From positions 1 to 19,532 of the forward strand of contig JBHLLF010000047.1 of assembly GCA_048885865.1 (NCBI GenBank): DNA of 19,532 nucleotides, written 5' to 3'. Positions 1 to 7,281 of the stretch are shown in pieces. The notes below the pieces were generated by a model. That model saw nothing but the letters and a program-made list of their open reading frames with translations, had not been told where the DNA came from and searched no databases. Numbering within the stretch: the stretch's first letter is position 1; each line of letters begins with the position of its first letter. The DNA comes from Candidatus Hermodarchaeota archaeon. Its GTDB lineage: Archaea > Asgardarchaeota > Thorarchaeia > Thorarchaeales > Thorarchaeaceae. The translations under genes and the position numbers were made by a program.

Positions 1-1558
1 ACCCTCCTCCGCCTGGTGTTTCAATACGGATGATGGCTCCTTTCGGAGCAGTCACTGTGGTCTTGGCTTGCAGCTCATGTACGTGACCGTCGTACTCTAC
101 GCTGTTTTTCCCCGAAACACCAGCCTTCCCACCATTGAGACCCCAAGGTCTGCTCTCCCGTCTCTCAGATTGGATTGACACCGTGCAATCATCTGAGAGG
201 AGTTCAATTTCCCTAACAATTCCATTTCCACCATGATACTTGCCCGCTCCACCAGTTTTTCGCCTGATCTTATATTGCCAGATTCGGAGCGGGTATGAGT
301 CTTCCAATGACTCAATAGGAGTGTTCAAGGTATTAGTCATGTGAGTATGAATCCCGTTCTCTCCATGTATCCCCGGCATTGCACCCACTCCACCCCCTAT
401 GGTCTCATAGAATGAAAATGGAGTATTTGATTGCTTGTCAATGCCGCCGATTGCTACATTGTTCATTGTTCCTTGGCTGGCCGCAGGAGTTTCTTCTGGA
501 GCAATTGATGCCATCGCACCAAGTATGACATCAACGATCCTTTGCGTGGTTTCAACATTTCCAGCTGATACCGCCGCAGGATATTTGGGATTGAGAAGTG
601 AGCCCTCTGGGACATTAACATTCAAAATGCTCCAACAGCCCTCGTTTGTAGGAATGTCACTACCGAATAGCACCACAAAGACGTAGTAGACAGAAGAGAG
701 AGTTGATGCGAGTGGACAGTTGATGTTCCCTCTGACTTGGTCAGCCGTCCCTTCAAAATCGATTGTGGCTTTTCGTTCTTTGATTGCTATGCTTGCGGAA
801 ATTGGTACCTCCCAAGTCCCAGCTCCATCGCTGTCCATGAAGTCAGTGAACTCGGATTGCAGCTCAATATAATTGGCAAGCCTCTCCGCCATCATCTCTC
901 TTGAATAGTCAATGAGCTCCCTGAAGGATTGAGTCAGAGTGCTCCATCCGTGTTCACTCGCAACAGAATGAAGTCTAGCTATCCCTACATGATTAGCGGC
1001 AATCTGTGCACTCAAATCCCCTAACCTTTCATCAGGAGTCCGAGTTGCCTTAAGCAAATCTGATATTGCATCAGTTTCCAACTTGCCCTTGTGAACAACA
1101 ATTCTTGGCTTTATTATCACCCCTTCTTCTTGAATTGAAACAGATAGCCCAGGCATAGAACCAGGACTCTCCCCGCCAACATCGGCATGATGTGCTCGGT
1201 TGGCAACAAAACCTCCTAACTTATCGCCATCAAAGACTGGTGCTACCAGTGTCAGGTCAGGCAAATGAGACCCTCCCGAAAATGGGTCATTGTGTAACAC
1301 CATTGTCCCCTCAACAATGGCATCACCTATTTCATCTATGCATGCTCTAACGGAGAGAGGCATAGCACCCAGATGAACCGGGATGTCTTTAGATTGCGCG
1401 ACCAATCTGCCATCAGTATCAAATACAGCACAGCTGCAATCACGTCGTTCTTTGATATTGGGGCTAAATGCAGTCTTTCTCAGAGCCAAACTCATTTCTC
1501 TGGACACTGATACGAGGGCATTCTTGATTACTTCGAAAGCAATGGGATCTTCTATCAT
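1..1558 (-). CDS. hyuB: Hydantoinase B / 5-oxoprolinase (ATP-dependent) subunit B; 3' end just outside the window
   Basis: Not in the ORF track because there is no stop in the window. Manual translation from ATG 1558 gives MIEDPIAFEVIKNALVSVSREMSLALRKTAFSPNIKERRDCSCAVFD...IPVHLGAMP...HNDPFSGGSHLPD...ANRAHHADVGG..PGSMP, ending IIRIETPGGGG at position 1. These are hallmark Hydantoinase_B motifs. The start overlaps the subunit A stop (ATGA, 1555-1558). Confidence 0.93.
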   Translation of the reverse strand, partial: MIEDPIAFEVIKNALVSVSREMSLALRKTAFSPNIKERRDCSCAVFDTDGRLVAQSKDIPVHLGAMPLSVRACIDEIGDAIVEGTMVLHNDPFSGGSHLPDLTLVAPVFDGDKLGGFVANRAHHADVGGESPGSMPGLSVSIQEEGVIIKPRIVVHKGKLETDAISDLLKATRTPDERLGDLSAQIAANHVGIARLHSVASEHGWSTLTQSFRELIDYSREMMAERLANYIELQSEFTDFMDSDGAGTWEVPISASIAIKERKATIDFEGTADQVRGNINCPLASTLSSVYYVFVVLFGSDIPTNEGCWSILNVNVPEGSLLNPKYPAAVSAGNVETTQRIVDVILGAMASIAPEETPAASQGTMNNVAIGGIDKQSNTPFSFYETIGGGVGAMPGIHGENGIHTHMTNTLNTPIESLEDSYPLRIWQYKIRRKTGGAGKYHGGNGIVREIELLSDDCTVSIQSERRESRPWGLNGGKAGVSGKNSVEYDGHVHELQAKTTVTAPKGAIIRIETPGGGG

Positions 1559-3603
1559 TGTGTTGCCCTCCTCAACCATAGAGAACCGTTTCTCTTCTGC
1601 TGTCCTTCCCATTCCGGCGCAATGTATATTGTAGTATCTAGTTGCTCAACTATTGCAGGACCCAAAACTTTCTGGTGAAGAGCAAGCTTCCCGCGCCGAA
1701 ATATGTCGGTTTCAACTCTTTTGGATACTCCAACAACCACTTCCCTGGAGTCAACCGGCTTGCCATCGCCATCAATCGATGGCTTTGAAAACTTCCATTT
1801 TGACTGCGGAGATCTTGCTGTGACTCTTGCCGTGACCCACTGAATCTCTCGATCCTTCATTCTGTAGCCATAGCTTCTTTCATGCGCGCTTTCAAAGCCC
1901 TTTGCTGAGGTTCCGGTGATGTCCTTGGCATCAAGCGGCACTGTAACATTGATTTCATGGGATTGGCCTTTGTATCGCATATCGACTGACCATTGAAGAG
2001 CAATGTCTTCTTGAATAGCTCCCTGCTCGAGAAGATGAGCTTGGGCCTCCTCAGACAGTTCCTCTAGAATCTCCCTGATTCTCTTCGAAGACGCATCATT
2101 GCCAGTTATCATCCCTGTCCTCATCACGTCAACACGAAGGTCTGCACAAATGAGACCCAAGGCTGAGGTGATACCAGGATTCGGGGGAACAAGGATCGTA
2201 TCAATCCCTAAAGCAGATGCGATATCGACAGCCTGAGTGGGTCCAGCTCCTCCGAACGGCACAAGGACAAAGTCACGAGGATCTCTCCCTCTCTCAACAG
2301 TGACTTCTCGAATCGCTTGAACCATGTTGTTGGTTGAGATTCTTATGATTCCCAGAGCAGTTTCATCCAATGACATATCAAGGCTGTTGGCGATTCTCCT
2401 CAGAGCCTCTGAAGCATTCTCTTTGCTAAGGCTGATTTTCCCTCCTACAAAGAAATCTGGATTCAGTCGACCCAATATTAAATTGGCATCAGTTATAGTC
2501 GCGTCTGTACCTCCCTGTGAATAGGATGCAGGTCCCGGGTCCGCTCCCGCACTTTGTGGGCCGACATGTAGCACCCCCGCGCGGTCAATCCATGCGATGC
2601 TCCCTCCCCCAGCTCCAATTGTCTTTACATCTACTGATGGCATTCTAACAGGAAGTCCCCCAACTTCATTATCTGGTCTTACTATCACATGATTCATGAT
2701 GGCGCTAATATCGCAAGATGTGCCCCCCATGTCTAGAGTGATCGCTTGATTGACTCCTCCCTGTTTTGCGATCTCCCAACCTCCTATCACACCTCCAGCA
2801 AGCCCCGAAATTGCCAGCCCTATAGCTCCTCCATGGGTCTGTGAACAGAGAACAGTGCCTCCATTGGATTGCATTACTGTAAGCTTTGTCTTGGGGCAAA
2901 CTGCTCTGATTGAGGTGTCCAAACGGCTAAGATAATCCAGAACTAACGGACCCAAATATGCCTCAAGCACTGTAGTGGATGTCCGTTCATACTCACGAAA
3001 CTCAGGAAGGACCTTTGATGAAGCAACTATGTAGGTGTTTTGGACTCCCCGAAGCGCCTCCAATAATGCTACTTCGTGCTTGGAGTTCAAGTATGAGAAA
3101 AGAAGAGATATCGCTACTGAGTCAGGCTTTCTATCATTTACTAGTGACTTTACCCTCTGAATTTCTGCGTCTGCAAGGTCAATAATTGGGGTGCCTTCAC
3201 TATCAAGACGCTCTGCCACACCAATACGATCGTCACGGTCAACAAGCGGCTTGGGCCTTGCCGCAGTGAAGTCATAAATCTCCACTCTATTCTGTCTTCC
3301 AATCTCTAGAACATCTTCCAGTCCACTTGTAGTTAACAGAAGAACATCAGCGCCTTTCCTTTGCAACATGGCATTTGTTGCCACGGTTGTCCCGTGCACC
3401 ACAAGAGTCACATCTTCAGAGTCGATCCCATGATCAGACAGAATCTCCTCTATCCCTGCTAGGACAGCCAAATCCTGAGAGCCCGGAGTAGATGGTATTT
3501 TGTGAACATAGCTGTGGCCTATGGCTGTGTTGGAAACTATGATATCAGTGAATGTGCCGCCCACATCGACACCTATTACTATCATCTTACTGCTTCTGGT
3601 CAT
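1555..3603 (-). CDS. hyuA: Hydantoinase A / 5-oxoprolinase family subunit A, 682 aa
   Basis: Motifs GVDVGGTFTD, HGTTVATNA, EFREYERTSTT, MQSNGG, DMGGTSCD, IGAGGGSIAW, GPQSAGADPGPA, TDANLILG, FGGAGP and DMRYKGQSHE. Translationally coupled to subunit B. Confidence 0.95.
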   Translation of the reverse strand: MTRSSKMIVIGVDVGGTFTDIIVSNTAIGHSYVHKIPSTPGSQDLAVLAGIEEILSDHGIDSEDVTLVVHGTTVATNAMLQRKGADVLLLTTSGLEDVLEIGRQNRVEIYDFTAARPKPLVDRDDRIGVAERLDSEGTPIIDLADAEIQRVKSLVNDRKPDSVAISLLFSYLNSKHEVALLEALRGVQNTYIVASSKVLPEFREYERTSTTVLEAYLGPLVLDYLSRLDTSIRAVCPKTKLTVMQSNGGTVLCSQTHGGAIGLAISGLAGGVIGGWEIAKQGGVNQAITLDMGGTSCDISAIMNHVIVRPDNEVGGLPVRMPSVDVKTIGAGGGSIAWIDRAGVLHVGPQSAGADPGPASYSQGGTDATITDANLILGRLNPDFFVGGKISLSKENASEALRRIANSLDMSLDETALGIIRISTNNMVQAIREVTVERGRDPRDFVLVPFGGAGPTQAVDIASALGIDTILVPPNPGITSALGLICADLRVDVMRTGMITGNDASSKRIREILEELSEEAQAHLLEQGAIQEDIALQWSVDMRYKGQSHEINVTVPLDAKDITGTSAKGFESAHERSYGYRMKDREIQWVTARVTARSPQSKWKFSKPSIDGDGKPVDSREVVVGVSKRVETDIFRRGKLALHQKVLGPAIVEQLDTTIYIAPEWEGQQKRNGSLWLRRATQ

Positions 3604-3634
3604 TCATGAGATAAGAACGCTTGGGACTCTTTGG

Positions 3635-4621
3635 TCATTTGGCATTCCAGTAGTAGTAAACAGAATTGTGGATGGATTGGAATCCAAATTGCTTGTAGAG
3701 ATTCATAGCCGGGGTGTTCAAGATATCCATCTCCAAGGCGACTTTCTTGAACCCTTGTAGTCTTATGGAAGCCATGCTCCTTGCAAGAAGATTGCGGGCA
3801 ATGCCCTTGCCTCTATGCTTCGGAAGGACTCCAATTGGCCCCACATGCGCTTTCCCTTCCTCCTCTCTCACTACAATGAATCCAGTCACTCTATCATTAT
3901 CTATCACGCACAGTGTGGCGTCGTCAACAAACTGTCTTGTTCTACTGAACCAATAATTGAAGGAGTCTATTTGCTGGTCTTTTGTCAGAGAAAGAAAAAG
4001 ACCATCTTTGCTATCCAAGAATGAGTCGAAGAACGGTTCGAAGAGGTCTTCATTGCTGACCTCGGAAATTGGTTTGATTGTAAGGCCATCCAATTCATTA
4101 AACTTAGGCATTTTGTCAGTGATTGCGGCTTCCATGTAGGTTTCTTCCGTTGCATATCGAAATCGTTCTTCCCTATACCAACCCTCATATCTTTGGAGAA
4201 GTGGTCTGATCCTACTTGTTACTTTGTTGAACTGAACCTCCAGTCTCTCCTTTCCCATTCTCCTTGTTGCCTTCTTTGCCTCCCGAATCAGCTTCCTCGC
4301 CACAACTCCGTAGCTATCACTTGGCAAGACCTCAGGATGCCACTCTCCAATGAAGACCATCCTCGCAAATCCTGTGTAAAGGCTGAGCCAACCCAACAAA
4401 TCGTCTGACCTATCGGACATGCAGAGAAGCACCTTCAGATTGTTATCGTCTGTGGCTGCGTCAAGTGCTTCTTTGAATCTCGCAACCGAAAGATCAGGGC
4501 TCCCTCTCTCTGAAGCCTGTCTTGCTTGGTATGCCACTTTTGCCAATGCTGCGGTATCAGCATCTCTCATTGAAGCGACCTTTATGCGCAATGATTTCGC
4601 CCCGCCTGCTTTTCTTGACAT
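3635..4621 (-). CDS. Tandem (double-domain) GNAT N-acetyltransferase, MshD-like architecture
   Basis: The C-terminal half has the acetyl-CoA motif A (IGVLPKHRGKGIARNLL) and motif B (LEMDILNTPAMNLYKQFGF). The N-terminal half is a degenerate GNAT fold (EVLPSDSYGVVARKLIREA...WYREERF). 328 aa. Confidence 0.85.
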   Translation of the reverse strand: MSRKAGGAKSLRIKVASMRDADTAALAKVAYQARQASERGSPDLSVARFKEALDAATDDNNLKVLLCMSDRSDDLLGWLSLYTGFARMVFIGEWHPEVLPSDSYGVVARKLIREAKKATRRMGKERLEVQFNKVTSRIRPLLQRYEGWYREERFRYATEETYMEAAITDKMPKFNELDGLTIKPISEVSNEDLFEPFFDSFLDSKDGLFLSLTKDQQIDSFNYWFSRTRQFVDDATLCVIDNDRVTGFIVVREEEGKAHVGPIGVLPKHRGKGIARNLLARSMASIRLQGFKKVALEMDILNTPAMNLYKQFGFQSIHNSVYYYWNAK

Positions 4622-4721
4622 ATTGCATCAAGCTGATAAGGTTGTCCCCTATTTCACTTCCCCTTGGAAATGATTTATTCGTGAACATCAAGTCAAATTG
4701 TCTGTCCCGAGGATCCTTGAT

Positions 4722-5906
4722 ATGAGTCCAGATTACTCCGAAGTTCTTGTCAGATATGGCGAAATTGGAATTAAATCCAAACAGACGAGAAAGCGCATGG
4801 AAGATCTGCTAATCAGGCACATCAAGGCGGCACTGCTGGAGGCTGGTGTTGAGTTTACCAAAATCCGTAGGGAGTACGGGCGCATTTTTATTGTAACTGA
4901 AAGGACGCAAGAAGCGAGCATAATTGCTGCAAACATATTTGGAATTGTGTCCGTTTCTCCTGTAGTTGTGATTCAATCCAACCTAGATACTATTCTTGAG
5001 ACTGGTCTTGAGATGGCTGGGAAAACCTTCGCCAAAAGCAAATCTTTTGCAGTCGGTTCTAGAAGAGTTGGAACACATGATTACTCTAGTCAGGATATCA
5101 GGGAGAAGCTTGGTGCTGCAATCCTTACAGGTCTTCCAGAGTTAGAGCTCGCGGTTGACCTCACATCCCCAGAGCAGTCAATCTATGTTGAGGTGAGAAA
5201 TCAGAGGGCCTACCTCTTTACAGACACAATCGAAGGAGTAGGGGGAATGCCAACTGGGTCTCAGGGAAAGGTGGTTTGTACTCTATCAAGCGGTCTGGAT
5301 TCTCCTATCGCCGCCTTCAAGGTGATGAAGCGGGGATGCCTTCCCGTGTTTGTCAACTTTGACAACACGCCTTACGCCAATAATGACTGCAGCGCCACAG
5401 TAACAGAGCAGGCGCAGCTACTGGCAAACTACATCCACAACTTCGAGGTCAAGTTGTACATTGTCCCCCATGGGGAAGATCTCAGCCAGGCTGAAACCCA
5501 TGGCCCTCCGAAAATGACCTGTATATTCTGCAAGAGGAATATGCTGAGAATGGCGAGAGAGATCGCTATCATAGAGGATGCAGATGCAATCGTCACTGGC
5601 GAAATTATCGGAGAGCAGGCCTCCCAGACTACAACGAATCTCAGAGCAATCAATACTGCAGTCTGCGACTTTCCTATACTCCGGCCATGCGCTGGGGATG
5701 ACAAATCAGACATTGAAGCTTTGGCTCGGAAGATTGGGACTTACAGGTTTGCAGAGGAAGGTCTATCTTGCTGCACACTTGCACCGAAATATCCAGTGAC
5801 TCGAGGAAAATCTGACGAGGTCGAAAAAGCGGAAGAGAATATGACCTTGGATGTTTTGAAGAAGCAAGTTGATCAAGCACGCATAATCACACTGAGAACG
5901 GGATAG
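4722..5906 (+). CDS. thiI: tRNA 4-thiouridine(8) synthase ThiI (THUMP + PP-loop, no rhodanese domain)
   Basis: N-terminal VLVRYGEIGIKS, THUMP region (FAVGSRRVGTH...VDLTSPE), GVGGMPTGSQGK, PP-loop LSSGLDS, CIFCKR, VTGEIIGEQASQT, PILRP, IGTY. ATG 4722 preferred; the in-frame TTG at 4698 is an alternative start. Confidence 0.93.
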   Translation: MSPDYSEVLVRYGEIGIKSKQTRKRMEDLLIRHIKAALLEAGVEFTKIRREYGRIFIVTERTQEASIIAANIFGIVSVSPVVVIQSNLDTILETGLEMAGKTFAKSKSFAVGSRRVGTHDYSSQDIREKLGAAILTGLPELELAVDLTSPEQSIYVEVRNQRAYLFTDTIEGVGGMPTGSQGKVVCTLSSGLDSPIAAFKVMKRGCLPVFVNFDNTPYANNDCSATVTEQAQLLANYIHNFEVKLYIVPHGEDLSQAETHGPPKMTCIFCKRNMLRMAREIAIIEDADAIVTGEIIGEQASQTTTNLRAINTAVCDFPILRPCAGDDKSDIEALARKIGTYRFAEEGLSCCTLAPKYPVTRGKSDEVEKAEENMTLDVLKKQVDQARIITLRTG

Positions 5907-5990
5907 GCGCGCTTCACTTTGCTCTTACTAGAAACCTCAAGAGCCTCAGGGGGGCCCTCTTAGGCCTCTAAAGCTATCATACGGAGATGT

Positions 5991-6005
5991 GAGAGGCTTT
6001 AAATA
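5991..6005 (+). promoter_or_regulatory. Putative archaeal BRE/TATA promoter of the histone gene
   Basis: Purine-rich GAGAGG followed by TTTAAATA (5998-6005), about 25 nt upstream of position 6030, inside the thiI-histone intergenic gap. Confidence 0.6.
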
Positions 6006-6058
6006 TCGTCCAGCTACGAACAGCCCCAGTGTATGCGAAATACGCGGAGAGAGAAGCG

Positions 6059-6295
6059 TTGCCAAGGTCAAGAAAAGACAGGATTATACCAGTAGCACCC
6101 GTAGACAGACTAATCAGAAAAGCAGGTGCCGGACGAGTCAGTGACAAGGGTGCAGAGCGACTAGCACAGATTCTTGAAGAGATTGGTGAGAATCTGGCCA
6201 AGCGGGCATATGAGCTCACGGACCATGCTGGACGCAAGACTATAACTGAAAAGGACATGGACCTTGCGTACAAGCAATGGACACGTGGGACCTAG
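6059..6295 (+). CDS. Archaeal histone (HMfA/B-type single histone fold)
   Basis: IPVAPVDRLIRKAGAGRVSD...LAQILEE...ELTDHAGRKTITEKDMDLA aligns by eye with HMfB (LPIAPIGRIIKDAGAERVS...HAGRKTIKAEDIELA). Start is either TTG 6059 (GGAG 6046-6049 upstream) or GTG 6029. Confidence 0.95.
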   Translation: MPRSRKDRIIPVAPVDRLIRKAGAGRVSDKGAERLAQILEEIGENLAKRAYELTDHAGRKTITEKDMDLAYKQWTRGT

Positions 6296-6374
6296 TTGGA
6301 CCTAGACGAGAGATGAGTTCAGAGAAGAGTGGTGTTCATCTAGCTACAGAGTGCCACTATAAGGGGGGGGCTGA

Positions 6375-7064
6375 GTGAGCAAGGGACCGCGCTATGTTGA
6401 GGATGGAATAGCCATTCTTTCTCTACATGATGTGAGCCCTGCCTTTGAGGATGATGTTGTCGCGACATACGACATGTTGATTGACCTCGGAATTTCAGAT
6501 TTCACTCTGCTCGTGACTCCCATGTACGCACTCAAGAAGTCCAATAGTCTTGAGAACAGTCCTCTCTTCTGCGAGTTTCTCGCATCTTTAGATTTGGAAA
6601 TATCCCTTCATGGATATAGCCATTTCACAAAATCTGGCTCGATGGATGAGTTCCAGAAAATGGATAGAGACCGTGTCCTTCCCAGGATGAAATCTGGAAA
6701 GGCATTGATTTCTGACCATATCGGGAAGAACCCGGTAGGATTTGTGCCCCCATTATGGAAAGCACCCCAGCGGGTTGCTGGCGCGGCGCAAGATGCAAGG
6801 ATGAGCTATTGTGCAATAGGCAACAGCATTCATCGTTTTTCTGACTCTTCGGTCTTGACCACGGCTGACTTGCTTGTCAGTCAAGGTATGAAATCGACAT
6901 CGTTCACCAATCAATTGCTGGAGATAGAATTGGGTGGCTCGGTTCAAGTAGGTGTTCACCCTCGTGATCATCACGAGAATAGCGTTTTTGATATGCTTGC
7001 CGACATGAAGGATCGGCTGGACTATCAATTTGTGGGATACCACTCCTATCTCTTCAAGGCTTAG
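6375..7064 (+). CDS. DUF2334 / polysaccharide deacetylase (CE4, NodB-homology) family protein
   Basis: LSLHDVSP (motif 1), EISLHGYSH (metal-binding H-x-x-x-H), GFVPPLW (motif 3) and C-terminal VGVHPRD. No signal peptide. 229 aa. Confidence 0.8.
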   Translation: MSKGPRYVEDGIAILSLHDVSPAFEDDVVATYDMLIDLGISDFTLLVTPMYALKKSNSLENSPLFCEFLASLDLEISLHGYSHFTKSGSMDEFQKMDRDRVLPRMKSGKALISDHIGKNPVGFVPPLWKAPQRVAGAAQDARMSYCAIGNSIHRFSDSSVLTTADLLVSQGMKSTSFTNQLLEIELGGSVQVGVHPRDHHENSVFDMLADMKDRLDYQFVGYHSYLFKA

Positions 7065-7273
7065 GGGCACATCTAGTAAAACCATCCGCGAATCTCTTTG
7101 TAGTAAACTCATTAGCATTATTCGAGTTGTCGAAAAAGCGTCAAGGGCGATTGTCTGAAGAACCATATTGGCACGCCATTGTTTATTATGTACGAGTGTA
7201 ATCCATCAACCTGCTCAGCACCACCGGCTGCACGCTAGTGACCATGTCGGAGTCATGAGAGAGGATTGGCAAT

Positions 7274-7279
7274 GGAGGT
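7274..7279 (+). promoter_or_regulatory. Shine-Dalgarno GGAGGT of the giant membrane-protein gene
   Basis: GGAGGT lies 8 nt before in-frame TTG 7288 and 2 nt before in-frame ATG 7282. A TATA-like TTTATTAT lies at 7182-7189. Confidence 0.5.
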
Positions 7280-7281
7280 CT

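Noticed and set aside
5935-5970. GC-rich stretch with CCTC repeats and a G6 run after thiI, as a possible terminator hairpin
   Set aside because: Pairing is short and imperfect and there is no T-tract, so it cannot be supported.
6310-6374. Possible C/D-box sRNA (GAGATGA ... CTGA) between the histone and deacetylase genes
   Set aside because: The C box is non-canonical and there are no properly spaced internal D'/C' boxes.
3635-7064. Acetyltransferase, histone and deacetylase close together, suggesting a histone acetylation system
   Set aside because: The deacetylase has NodB/CE4 sugar-deacetylase motifs, not HDAC or sirtuin motifs. The GNAT is divergently transcribed and separated from the histone by thiI. 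Only proximity supports the idea.
97-7166. Short alternative-frame or antisense ORFs overlapping hyuB, hyuA, GNAT, thiI, the histone (5977..6273) and the deacetylase (6753..7166)
   Set aside because: They overlap well-supported genes and show no protein-family features.
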